DNA of 64,000 nt. Origin: Dimorphilus gyrociliatus. Its lineage: Eukaryota > Animalia > Annelida. Positions 41,173-53,447 of this stretch are shown in pieces. Both the position numbers and the translations under genes were made by a program. Positions within the stretch are counted from its first letter, which is position 1; every line of letters starts with the position of its first letter. A model generated the notes under the pieces. That model was given only the letters and a program-made list of their open reading frames with translations, had not been told where the DNA came from and searched no databases. The stretch is from contig CAJFCJ010000011.1 of the NCBI GenBank assembly GCA_904063045.1, positions 558,001-622,000 on the forward strand, in the 5' to 3' direction.

Positions 41173-42691
41173 ATGTCTAGTTTCAAGACTGCCGAACTTT
41201 GCCCGAAACAAAAAACTGAAATTGTTTCCGAATATTGGGACAATTATAGGCAGTTAAATGTGCGAAAGGAAACTGGGGCCGCCAATTGGGTTGAATATCA
41301 TCCAGAACAAGAAGATGTGCTTCTCTTCACATGCGGAAGCCGGGTGTCAATTGTTGATAGCAATATGGAACCTACAAAAACTTTTAGTAGATTCAAAGAA
41401 GATGTGTACAGTGCAAGATGGCGCTCTGATGGTTCTTTGATAACTTGTGGCGGTCAACAGGGAAAACTTCATGTTCTTCATCCCCAGCACGTTAGTTTCT
41501 TATATAAGTATGCTATGTAAAAGGATTTATTTCTAAATTCTTGGGCCTAAATTGAATTTTTAAAAATTATTCCAAGAGTATATTCTTTTACAGGGTGAAC
41601 TGCGAAGAATAAAAGCTCACAAGCAAGCCATCAGAAGCTGCGGTTTTACAAAAGATAATCATCGAATAATTTCTGGAAGCGATGACAACGAAGTGAAGAT
41701 TTGGGATATTGCTACAGGGGAATGTGTGCAAACTTTTAGATCTCATAGCGATCATGTGAGATCAGTGTCTCCAAGTTCGACAAATTCTCAACACTTTGTT
41801 TCTTCTAGTTACGACCATACCATAAAGTTGTGGGATTGCAGACATCCAGATACTGAGGTTTTAACAATGCAGCACAATACTCCTGTTGAATGCGTTTTAT
41901 TCGCAAATGAACTTTGCATTAGTGCTGGAGGAAATTCTGTAAAGATTTGGGATTTATTAGCCGGTGGCAGATTGCTTAAAGAGTTACGCGACCATCATAA
42001 AACTCCAACATGCGTAAAGTTCTCGTCAGGAAGAAGCTATATGCTCACAACAGGTCTTGATAAAAGGATTCTTATCTATGATTGGAATGGTTTTGAATAT
42101 GCTCATTCATTTAAAACTTCTGCCCCAGCTCTATCTGTTGCCGTTTCCAAAGGCGATAAAAGATTTTCTGTTGGATTGGAAGATGGTTTAATAACTACCT
42201 TTGAGAAGAAAGAAAAATTAGAGAAATGGCGCGAGCCTAAAGAAGAAATAGAAGAAGATTGGAAGCCAAAAAATATGTCTAAAGCCGACAAGCATCTAAG
42301 ACATTTTGAGCATTCAAAAGCCTTAGATTTTGTTTTGAAGAAAAATCAAGGAGGAATGAAAGTAGATCAAGTCATCAGTGTTCTTCAAGAGTTAATAAGA
42401 AGAGATGTCTTACATGCAGCAATTGCAAGTCGAAGTGAGAAATCTTCACTCGAACACCTTTTAAAATTTGTATTATACAATATAGGTGTACAGCGATATA
42501 CAGCTCCTTTAATAGAAGTAGCTAATGTCATCTTAGATATTGAGCTACAGACTGAAGAAGTTCCACAACCCGAAGTGGTAGATTTATTAAATAGACTCCG
42601 ACGAGCAGTTAAAAGTGAAATTGAAATGTGCGATAAGATCGCTCAAATGAGGGGTGCTCTTGAAATTATAATGAACTGTAATTCTGCATAA
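41173..42691 (+). CDS. UTP15: U3 snoRNA-associated protein 15 (WD40 plus UTP15 C-terminal domain), 2 exons
   Basis: MSSFKTAEL..; FSRFKEDVYSARWRSDGSLI; SGSDD..VKIWDIATG; H.DHVRS; SSSYDHTIKLWD; H..PVECVL; GGNSVKIWDLLAGG; L..FEHSKALD; EL.RRD.L..AIA.R. One intron at about 41490-41573. Confidence 0.92.
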
Positions 42692-43159
42692 ATTTTCTTA
42701 TTAATGATGTAAATATCTCATAATTTCATAAAGACTTTGTTAAGATGAATTGATTATTAGTGTTATCCTTACATTTGAATTTAAGTTTAGCATTTACGAG
42801 ATACTTTTGCCTAATGTATCCTTCTTTTGTACTAGCGCTCTACAATGAGAGATAAGCAAACAAGCTTTCAATATTAAGACACTGTACTTATTCTTCTGTC
42901 AGACTAGTTATTCTTAATATCCCAGGAATTATAGTAGCTCATAGGTTTATATTTGTTTATTAGAAAGAAAACTAAAGATAAACGCTATTAAAAAACTCTC
43001 AAGCAAAAACTGCTGAATTCTTGAATGTGAGCGATACTAGACACATAGTGCGACTCTATATGCAATGAGACCTATCAAACACCAGTTTTCTGTAGAAACC
43101 GGTATAAGCTCATACTTCCAAAGACAACTGGATCAAAAATTATCACTTTCCTATAAACC

Positions 43160-45008
43160 ATGGTAATTATTTTTATTTTCTATTAATAGAAAAATTTATT
43201 TATAATTTTTTCAGGACGTTAAGAAGGAAGAAGATGTTGAGGATCCGATTGTTGAAGAACGAAATGTTTATTTGAACAAACAGTTAATGATGTATTTGCT
43301 TCGCTTCCCTCTACGTCCTGCAAATTCAGATATGACTTCATTCTGTTCTGCAAAGATTAAACCGAAACAAAGAGAAGTTGAACTAGAATCCCGCTTAGAA
43401 GAAAATTCTCATTATTCAAAAACGAAGGCTGCTGAAATAGCATGCAATAGCAACATGGATGCAGACATAAGAAGAATTGCTCTTTCCAGCTCTATTACTA
43501 ATGCGAACGAAGGGAGCTATGCCGTTGCTTTTATATCTTCAGATGGAAATTTTAATTTGTGCCCAGTAACAAGTATTTTAGAAATGAGGCCATCACTTAA
43601 TTACTTAGATTCTGAAAGGCGTTCTAAAGATGAAGTAATAACAAATGACACAGAAGAGAAAGTATCTGTCCATTATGCTCGAAAAGAATCGGATGCAGCA
43701 AAAGCCAAGCGCCTAGCTTCATATGATTACCATATGAAAAACAAAGCCAAAGAGAGATGGATTAGTCTTGATTATAGAAAAGCAGATAGTCGTCAAGCAG
43801 TTGCTGAACGTTCGCTCCTTGTAAGAGAAATGGGAGATAATTTTCAGTCTCAGTCTTTAGAATGGTTAGATACAACACCTGATGAATATGCTAAAAAATT
43901 ATTACCCGCTGTTGAGGAAGAAGTGGAGTCACACACGCCCTTACCTTATCATATGCTTTCACTCTCGCAGCTAAGAACTCGGCCATTATTAGATCAGGTC
44001 AAACAATTATTGCGTCAGGCCAAGGTTATGAAATTTTCTCAGTTACAGACATTAGTGGGAGGTTGTTCTGATTCTTCTACGCTTCTATGGCAAGTTCAGC
44101 AAGTTGGTTTGCTGATCCAAGGTTGTTGGGTGTTAAAATCAGAAATTTTATATGATGAAAGTCAAAAACACTTAGTAAGTCCCCGAGATTTCGTTCTTTG
44201 GAAATTTGTGCAATCTAGAGATATTCTTCGAAAAGATCTAGCTCAAGCATTAAAGATTTCTCCAGACCAATTAAAAAATGTTTTATTGACAGTGGCTAGA
44301 TCAAAAGGTGTAACTAGGCATTGGGAATTCTTAATGGATACAGATAAAGACTTTATAGATAATCATCCTGAGACTGTCCATAAACAGCAGCGACAATGGA
44401 TTGCTAAACAGCAGGAATTACAAAAGATTCTGAACATTGACCTCACAACAAATCAAAAACGAAGGCGTCAAAGTTCAACTAGAATAGATGATGATACAAA
44501 GTCTCCTAAAGTAAGGAGCCGTCACACCAGTGGAAAGTCACAGGAATCTCCAGCTATTGATGCGAAAAGCCTAAATGATAAATTAACTGAGGTTGATCGG
44601 GAAAAGAGCCTACAATCTTTCATTAAAATCCTTATGACGAATCATCACGTCCTATCACTAACCGAGATCCGCCGGCAGTTAAATATGAAATTAGCTCAAC
44701 TGGATGCAGGACATCCTCTGACTTGTGTTTCTGAGGTTGAGTTAGAAGAAGCTGTAACCAAAGCAGGGTCAAAAAAATTTGGTCAAGTTTTTGTCATGAT
44801 GGAATATGGTGACGGTTTAGACATTATTAGACAATGCGTCTTAGATAAAATGAATAAAGATTTCAAAGTTCGGATAGGTCTAGTAAAAGAGCGTGTTGAA
44901 GAAGTTACAGGCAAACCCGCAAATGAAGCTGAATGTAAAAGAATTCTGAAAGATATGTGCAGTAGCAGGGGTTCATTATGGGTTTTAAAAAATTCTGTTA
45001 GTTCTTGA
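43160..45008 (+). CDS. POLR3E: RNA polymerase III subunit RPC5 (Sin-like domain)
   Basis: ATG|GT intron at 43160-43215, then DVKKEEDVEDPIVEERNVYLNK; YLLRFPLRP; KIKPKQREVELE; PVTSILEMRPSLNYLD; V.V.YARKES; LLIQGCWVLKSEILY; RDFVLWKF. Confidence 0.9.
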
Positions 45009-45051
45009 AGAAAAAAATTAAATAAACTTAAATATGTCTTTCATGTTTTGA

Positions 45052-45888
45052 TCACATATTTTGTTCCTTGGTGTTGATTGGAGTCATTCCGTCAGTTGGT
45101 AGAGGTGACTTAATGAAAGCACAGAGCCAAGCGTAGCGCCAGTTTTTTCCCAAGCGATGTATTATATTCTTTTCCCTACTTTGAGTATATTCAAAGATTC
45201 CATAGGAGGATTCCGTAGTAGTTTGCCCATTCATTAAATTACGAAGATGATAAATAAATATGGCTGTCACGTACAGGCAGCCACCTATGCAAAGTGTGCA
45301 CATGGCGCAAGGTAAGAGAGTACCATGAGGCATGAGCCCTAAAATCCAGGCAAAGGATGGTACTATCATCGAAACTACTGCCTTCCAACTCCATCCGTGC
45401 AAAATATCATATATATAATCCATATTTAAGAAGACACAGTAAGTAGAACCTAGCACATAGTAAAAGAGAAGAAAGAAAAAATAGCGCATATTCCTGTGGC
45501 CAATACATTTGCCGCCAAATGCACAATGATGATCGCGCTCCAAAATGCAAGAGTTGCAAGAGATGCAGTGCTTTGCTCTGGGAGGATAGTTAGCTTCACA
45601 AACCGGACAGAACTTCCACCCAGGTTTTAGTAAATAAGGAAGCATAATGCCCTGACAGCTTGAATCGTTTGTGATCATCATATAATAATGAGTTATTACA
45701 TTGAAGTACAAGAAAATTCCAATAAGAACATGGGCAAAATAGTGGCTTGTATATTCAGGATCAATTGTGGGTAGAATGATGAATAATTCAAAGAGAACAA
45801 TTCCATGCGTTATAATGATAGTAAATGCTATAGCCATCCAATCTGACTTTTGGTATGGTAAATATCTTTTCCATTTGACTGAATCCAT
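45052..45888 (-). CDS. ZDHHC24: DHHC palmitoyltransferase, ZDHHC24-like, intronless
   Basis: DHHC-CRD: WKFCPVCEANYPPRAKHCISCNSCILERDHHCAFGGKCIGHRNMRYFFFLLFY, with TM helices on both sides. First ATG is at 45888; the track start at 45921 is a TTG. Confidence 0.8.
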   Translation of the reverse strand: MDSVKWKRYLPYQKSDWMAIAFTIIITHGIVLFELFIILPTIDPEYTSHYFAHVLIGIFLYFNVITHYYMMITNDSSCQGIMLPYLLKPGWKFCPVCEANYPPRAKHCISCNSCILERDHHCAFGGKCIGHRNMRYFFFLLFYYVLGSTYCVFLNMDYIYDILHGWSWKAVVSMIVPSFAWILGLMPHGTLLPCAMCTLCIGGCLYVTAIFIYHLRNLMNGQTTTESSYGIFEYTQSREKNIIHRLGKNWRYAWLCAFIKSPLPTDGMTPINTKEQNM

Positions 45889-46357
45889 CAGAATTATACC
45901 AGTAAAAAAAGGGACATACAAAGAATTTAGTTTTCCTTTTATTAAGAAAACTGGTTAAGAATGGGCGAAACATACATTTAACCGGTATCATCATATTTTA
46001 AATCGTGTATAAACTAAGCTCCATTTCATCGAAATAGGTGTGCTACCCTCAGAAAAATGCAGATATAGGAAATATATTATCCAATCAGAGCATCTGCGAT
46101 ATTTTAAACCTGTCATAAAACTTCTATGTATTCTCTTGACATGCTCTTTTTTATCGGAGAAAAGCTATTTATTGTATAGCTATTTAATATTTTATATATT
46201 TCTATCAAATTTATTTCTTTAATATATAGAAATAAATGCTTATATGTCATATATAAAAGCTTTCAATGAATTACTTTATTGTAAATCACACATTTTATTT
46301 GCTTAAAATGTAGAACAATCTACGATCTGATAAATTTAAATCAAAACATTTAACTGT

Positions 46358-46581
46358 TCATTTATCCTTCTTTCCTCCTATCATTTTCTTCAAAACTACT
46401 GCACCGGTTATGGTTCCCAGTGTCAGGCAAACCCACTGTAAAATTATTCATTAACTTTTATCGAAAAATTGGTTCAAGAACTTACGTTAAACCTTCCCCT
46501 GAGTGTATACGAATTTAAATAAAACCTCCATCCCTGGAATCTGTATTGTGGGTCGTTTTCACTTGCGAAATCTCCAGCCAT
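46358..46581 (-). CDS. ATP5MK: ATP synthase membrane subunit K (DAPIT/USMG5), 57 aa, 2 coding exons; absent from the ORF track
   Basis: Exons 46581-46486 and 46435-46358, joined by a 50-nt GT-AG intron, give MAGDFASENDPQYRFQGWRFYLNSYTLRGRFNWVCLTLGTITGAVVLKKMIGGKKDK*. This matches the DAPIT signature QY.F.G...Y.NSYTL.GR.N followed by a TM helix. Confidence 0.9.
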
Positions 46582-46809
46582 GTCGACTTAGGGCCTTCAA
46601 GGTCTGCACGAAATAAAAGAACAATTGTAAGTAAAGCATGTAAAGCAACATTCTTATTGAAGCTTTAATGGTATTACATCATACTTTAAGTATTTGTAAT
46701 TGTTACAATTATTAAAGTAATGAATGTAAATTCCTTCAGAAATACAGCTGAGAAACCTTACCTTAATTTTTCAAAGAGAATTTTAGGATATTGTCAAGGT
46801 TGAAACGCA

Positions 46810-46819
46810 GTCACGTGAC
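46810..46819. promoter_or_regulatory. Palindromic E-box (GTCACGTGAC; USF/TFE CLEAR-type) upstream of ATP5MK
   Basis: Perfect 10-bp palindrome just upstream of a likely non-coding first exon (donor near 46760). A second GTCACGTGAT lies at 47582-47591. Confidence 0.5.
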
Positions 46820-47779
46820 GTGTTCCGAATGATAACCAATGCCATCTAGAGTAGTTTTAACTATTGGAGATAAGTTAATGAAAAAGTAACTTTACCAAGT
46901 ATTTCTGTTATCGAAGTATTATATTAATTATTATAAAGTAATCCTGATAGTTCTTCTCTGAATTATTTTAAGTGTAATTGTAAAAATATTATATCTCACG
47001 TCTTAGAAAAAGTCTTCATACTTGAGACTTTATAAAAACCTTCGTTGTCTTCTCTGAGGTATGCAAATCTTTCACAAGCTTATGATATTGCCTGTATGAG
47101 CTTAATTAATAGTATGTGCATTAGCTGCTGAGAATTATTGTTCGTATATGATCCTTAACACGTTTCCAGATTTTAATAAAGTCCTTTTTTATAAATCATT
47201 AAGCACAACATTAAAAATAACATCTCAGTAATGGAGCTAATTTTTGAATGTACATGTGTTTACTGTTCATGTGAAAGTAAAAACCAACGAAATAAAAAAT
47301 TGATTGAAAAAATTCTTATGGAAACAATCTAAGACCGATCGTACTTTCAGTTGTTTTTCCTTGTTACATCTTGCTAACAATCAGGGGTAGCCTAGTATGT
47401 CACATTAATACCTTATTCTACTTGAAGTAATAAGCACTTTGTTTGTTTACTTTGTTTTTGACAAAATACTATCTTTTATCCGAATAATTTGTTAATACTT
47501 TATTATTTAATTAAATACGCGCGCTTTTCCCATTGCACAAAATATCCTTCACCTTGACGCATATAAATGAGATGGATGTCAGTCACGTGATATTTCTGCA
47601 TAATGAGGACAGAAAAGGCTTAGTCTCGAAAATGCCACTCTTAGCTATCGTCTTTAAAAGGCAAGCTCTTTTTCTCGATTATTGTAATAGTTTATTCTCT
47701 TCTATATTTTCTGAAGAGATATGCTACCTACAGTAGATATTTAAATAAATGCAATCGCCTTAAAAATACGACTGTCAGA

Positions 47780-47816
47780 GCGGAAGTATCGCCATTTTTG
47801 TATTTACTGCGCATGC
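47780..47816. promoter_or_regulatory. Housekeeping-type promoter cluster (ETS, YY1, NRF1) upstream of ARID4
   Basis: GCGGAAGT at 47780-47787, CGCCATTTT at 47790-47798 and TGCGCATGC at 47808-47816, all within 37 bp. Confidence 0.55.
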
Positions 47817-48193
47817 CCGAGTAGCGGTCTGTGCGCAAAAGGGGAATGTTTCATCAATCAAAAGTATGATTACACTTTTTAATCAAAATATATATGATTA
47901 TCCTTAAATTTAAGTTTGAAAAACTATTTATTTTTATAAAAACTTTTTTAATAATTCTTTATGAGCTAAATTATTTTTTTTAAAAAAGCATTAAGTATAA
48001 AAATTTTTTTTACTGAAATTATGCCCAAAGAGTTGTTTTGTCGGCCATGATCGTCTGTTTCCGAATGCGCTGTGTTACATTGTGTGAAGTGGTAGTTTTT
48101 AATGAAATGCTCGAAATCTACGGACATTTGATCTGTTAGAATTATTCGTTTATGTGATTCTACATTCCTGCTCTTACTTCTAAAGCTGACAAT

Positions 48194-51100
48194 ATGGTAA
48201 GTTGTGTAGTTTATGCAAAAAATCGTAACGTTTATCACAGCGATGGACACTCGCACGGCAGTATAAATCTTAACGTTGCCAAGTCGTATTTTTTAGTATA
48301 TAAATTTTTTCTAAGTGTGTATTGGGCAGATTTGCTTTTACAGATCGAATATCGAACGAGATTTTGATAAAAGATAGTAAAACTTCTCACGATGTTAAAT
48401 TTTTGTGCCAAAATGTTCTGAACATCTTTGGAGCGATTCGGTACTCCGCCATTATGCTACTCGTACAATATTGGTCAACGTTTTAGCGAAATTCTTCAAT
48501 TATCGTAGGGTTGCCTACTAAACTAACGATGACTATTATATTTTCAGATTTATAACCGATTTCTTTATTTCAGTATGATCCTGCCTATCTTTCAGTAGGA
48601 ACTGAAGTAAGTGCAAAATATCGAGGCGCTTTTTGCGAGGCACGAGTAAAGAAAGTTGTGAAACATGTTAAATGCAAGGTATAATTTATATTGCGTCCAA
48701 GGTTTTTTGTTGAATCATCACATAAATTAAATATCTTCAGGTGACGTTGGTAGACCAAACGCAACAGTCATTTTTTCTAAGTGATGAAGATATACAAGGG
48801 CATATTAAGGTAGCTACTTCGGATTAATTTCATGTAAGACTATATTTGCATAATTTTTAAACAAATAGCTAAACAACAAAGTGAAGGTAAAAAGATCAGA
48901 TAGCGACGAATGGTCACAAGCTATCATCAATAAAATTATTGATTCAAGTACCTACACCGTTGGTACGTATAGTTATTTCAATTTTGAAAACTAGCTCTAT
49001 TTGAAAATTTCCTTCCTTCAGAGTTTAATGATGGAGACGAAAATACTCTAAAACGGACACAAATATGTCCCAAAGGCGACAAGCATTTCGACAAAAGCGA
49101 GGTAACATTTGAAATTATTCTTCTCTTTACAGTTAACCACGCCTCTCTATACAGACTCTAGATAATTTACCGTTATCTCATCCTGAGCATTTTGGTATTC
49201 CTGTCAAAGGCAAGGACAGCTCAAAGAGAAAGAAGAATATCAATGAGTACGCCAATTTTTATAAATGTTAAAAAAATATTTCTAAGTAGTGCTTTTAGAT
49301 CTGATGAAAGTGATTCGGAGAATGATGAAGGACCTGAAAAGAAAAGAGTTTTCAAAGGAAAAGCATCTGATTCCATCGGTCTTCTCGTATTAGCAGATGT
49401 TGGTGAACGTAAAAAACAAACAGCCCCATGTTTAATAGTAAAGTTGACCGCAAGTGAGATTCCCGTTAGAGCAAAGGATCAAGTCCTTGTAAAAAGCTTT
49501 AGAGATAACAAATTGTAAGTACATCTTGAAAAAATTCAAGCTAACGACAATAAAGCAACTCATTGTAACTTTCTTTAGCTATGCTGTGTCTAAGAAGGAT
49601 ATGAAGGAGTTTGACAAAGAGGATGCCAAAAGATATGATGATAAAATGCTGAGAACAAGTATAGAGAAAGCATTAACATACTTGGACACCCGTGAGTTAC
49701 CTTCCAATTGGCCAAAGAACTTATTAGCGGATGAAGACCCTACAAACGATACTGAAATAGACGATGAAGTGATGGTAGTAATCGTAGTCTCTGCCAATAG
49801 TATTACTAATTATCTTTTTTTAGGATTCTGAGGATGAGAAGTCCAGTTTAGAGAGAGATAATTTTATAGCTCATATATACAAGTTTAACGAAGAAAATGG
49901 AAGTCCAATCAGTAAAACACCGACTGTTGTCAATAAGGAACTGGACTTATTTAAGTTCTCTCAATTGGTTCGTCAGCAAGGTGGATTCAACAATGTTACA
50001 AAAACTAATAAATGGAAACATATATACTCACGGATGGGATTACCTCCTTTCAACGGGGGTGTAACGCAACTGAGAAAAGTTTATAAACGGTAAATTGCCA
50101 AATATCATTTAATCGATTTTAATATATTTGAAATTTTAGTTATCTTCTGAGTTATGAGGACTTTGGCAGAAAATATGAGGCAATTGAGTGTCGATCATCA
50201 GGTCGTACTCGCGCAACAACAGCCAGAATGGCTATATCACAAAAAGAGAAATCAAAAACAATTGAAGATAGTGACAATGACGATAAGTCATTTACAAAAG
50301 AGGGAGAATCAACAAGCAATAATGATAAACCTAAATCTGGAGTAGGAAATGACCCTAGAAGTGAAAAATCCATTATTCTTGAACCTGATGAAAGCAAGTT
50401 GAAAAGGAGACTTGGTTTAAAAGAGGAGGATAACATTCGTAAGCCACGCGTTTCTAACTCTAGGGATGATACCCCTGGGAGGATTATGGTTATGCGTGAA
50501 AAAGGAGGAAGAGATGATTCTAAAAAACCTTTTGGAAATAGAAAAGAAGATGATGATAAAAGAAAGCGTCCTCAAAGAACTAGAAACACTAAAGACGACG
50601 AGGAGGAATCAAAATTGGACAAAAGAAAAAAATCTAATGATTTGAAATCAGATGCGACGTCAAACTTTGATTCATCTGAACAAGATATCGACATATCGAG
50701 TTCTGAAAGTGCAACACCAAAAGGAAATAATTTACCTGATGTTATACCTATTAATTCTCGATTATTAGTGAGATACGGACGGGGACGAACCCTTAAAGCT
50801 TATGATGCAAAAGTAATTAGCACGGAGGAGCAAAATGATGAAACTTTCTATCTGGTCCATTATGCTGGATGGAACAACAGGTATGATGAGTGGGTTGGAA
50901 GAGAAAAAATTGTACAAATGCTAGAAGAGGGCGATGGAAAGTATCAAATGAAAAATACACGTCCCTTTGTATCACCAAGAAATAAAAATGCTGTTGTGGA
51001 AAAAGCACTTCCTGGAAGGAAAAAGCTGCTCTGTAACTCGGCTGAGGGTAAATTTAAGACAAAAGCTGGGGTAAAATCAAATACTCAGACTAAGGCTGGT

Positions 51101-52780
51101 CGATTAACTCGATCCTCCAGCATGGAAACGGCTCAGCTTCCCCCACCCCCTCGAAAAGGCAGAGCCCGCAAAACTTCAAGTGTTGCTGATAATGACAGTC
51201 AGACGTCAGATGTCAAAAGTACAGACGATTCGTTTCAAACTGAAGATCCACTAGCGAATGAAGTCACTGAAGATGAAACAATATCTATAAAAGACGAGAA
51301 AGTTGCAGAGGAACCTCCTATATTAGTCGAAGTTAAAACCGAACAAGCAATGAGCATAGTTGAAAAAGAATCTCCTGAGGTTGAAGTTAAACAGGAAGTG
51401 AACAAAGAAGTAGTTGAAGCAAAAGTAGCTGTCGAATTACCAGTAAAATCTCCAGGACGAGGTAGACCTCGTTCCTCAACCAAGTCTCCGAAAAATGCCT
51501 CTGTAAAATCCCGCAATCTAAAAGCTGAGCGTGAAGAACAAAAAGAAAAGGAAGAACCACCGAAAGAAAGTGTTAAGCCGAAAGAAAGTGTTAAGCCGAA
51601 AGAAAGTGTCAAACCGAAAGAACAGCCTGTTGTAGTTGAACCAGAACTCAAAGAGGAAACTGAAGAAAAAAAGAAGCTGGAAGAAAATGTACCTGAAGTT
51701 ACATTAACAGCTAAAGTTGAGGAAATGAAAGAGATAGAACAAAAAGAAGAAACGACTGAATGTGTTAAGCCCGAGGAAACTGAAGAAGTTAAAGATGATA
51801 AGGAGCCAGCTATCGTTGGAGATGTAGACTTGACTTGTAATGAAATTGGGGCAATAGAGAAGATGGAAGCTCTGGCCTCTCAAGAAGAAGAACGAAAGGA
51901 GACAGAGTGTCGATTACTTGAATCTGTAGGTGATGCTGCCGCAGCTGAAACAGACACCAAAAATGCAAAGAAAATTAAAAAAGCAAAGAAAGTGGACAAA
52001 GTGAAAGTTTTTAACGATGACGAAAAGAAAAAGAAAAGTAAGAAAGATAAAGACGATGCCAGTGCATTTACTCCGCCATATACTCCCCCTGAAGATATGG
52101 CAAAAAATAAAAGTGCTTCTTCTTCACCATCAGCACAAGGTGATGAAGTAGGAGGAAATCCTTCACCGATTAGCAATGGAAATTTAACTGCAGACAATGT
52201 GTCTGTTGCATCGACCTCCCGTCCCACAGAGCAAGTTACTCAGGTACCTGTATCCGCTCCTGTCAAGAAAAGAAGACCCAGGTTACGGGGTCGCAGATCA
52301 GCACGCCACAATAGCGACAGCGATGATAACCTCAAAAGTCCAAATTTCCATTCCCCATCCAAATCTATTCCTACATTAATTCACGTTGATCCTCAGCAAA
52401 TGGAACTAACTTTGAAAAAGTATAATTTGTCTTTCGGTAAGTGAATATTGATTTCAATTTCTTTAACTTTGCTAATATTTAAAATATCACACAGACGAAG
52501 GCGAGCAATTAGATGGAGACAATAAGATTGCTTTCTTACAAAGGAAAATGCAAGAAATTCGCACCATTTATATGCAGTTAAAAAGCGACTTATCTTGTTT
52601 AGACAGGAGGTATAAGAGATGTAGAAAAAGACATAAGCAAAGTAAGTCATATGAGTAAGAAGATATCAGGTTAGGTTATTTAAAATGGAATATTGACATT
52701 TAGAATCAGAAGATACATCTTTTTCAACGAATTCGGCAACCTCGAGCTCATCATTCAATCACAACGGCGGAACGAGGTAG
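48194..52780 (+). CDS. ARID4B: ARID4A/ARID4B (RBBP1-like) Sin3-HDAC subunit: Tudor, RBB1NT, ARID and chromo-barrel domains, multi-exon
   Basis: ATG|GT at 48194, then [23 protein letters not shown]; [36 protein letters not shown]; [34 protein letters not shown]; chromo-barrel KAYDAKV...[16 protein letters not shown]; C-terminal [22 protein letters not shown]. Co-orthologue of ARID4A and ARID4B. Confidence 0.93.
51560..51622 (+). repeat. 18-bp coding tandem repeat (PKESVK x3.5) inside ARID4
   Basis: CCGAAAGAAAGTGTTAAG x2, then CCGAAAGAAAGTGTCAAA, then CCGAAAGAA. Confidence 0.9.
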
Positions 52781-53447
52781 CGTGCAAGACTGAAAGTCAA
52801 TCATTCCAATCGCCGATCTCGAACTAGCATACCTGCCGTTGAAATGTGCTTGATAGTACGTTTTTGCCATATATATATATATGTATTATATATATATACG
52901 TACATATATTTTCTGTGTGTACTATTTATAGAGTAGTATCATCGTTATTTACTAAACGAAAGCAATTTTAGGTGAATTAAAGGCCTGCACTAGACAATTT
53001 TTTTTATAAGAAGTTGGTCTTTTTTATTGGGGTTGAAATCTTTTTGCTTGTCCATGTTGAACTTTGCTTTAATTAAATCGTTTCTGTATTGTTGATGAAT
53101 GCATACGTAATACGTAGATGTTTCTTTAACTCTTGTCAATACATTCAATATTAACATGTCGCGTGGTTGTCTTCTGTGTAATCATTTGATTATTTGATTG
53201 GAAAAGAACTGCAATCTATAGATAGATAAAATAGATGAATTTAACTATACAACTGTTTTCATTTTTTGAGTAATATTGAAAAAAATGTCCTAAGCACTAA
53301 CATATTGGAAAAATGTTTTGTAAGTTGAGATAATAAACTTATGCTTTTTATACGATTTACATGTTATTTGGCGCGAAAGCTGCCATTTTGAGAACGTCAA
53401 CTGCCGAATGTTTCGCGACAAGAATAATTTGAATTCCTTAAAAAATT

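Noticed and set aside
47966-48256. 96-aa minus-strand ORF
   Set aside because: Starts at a non-ATG codon and lies antisense to the ARID4 5'UTR and first intron (ATG|GTAAG at 48194); no recognisable motif.
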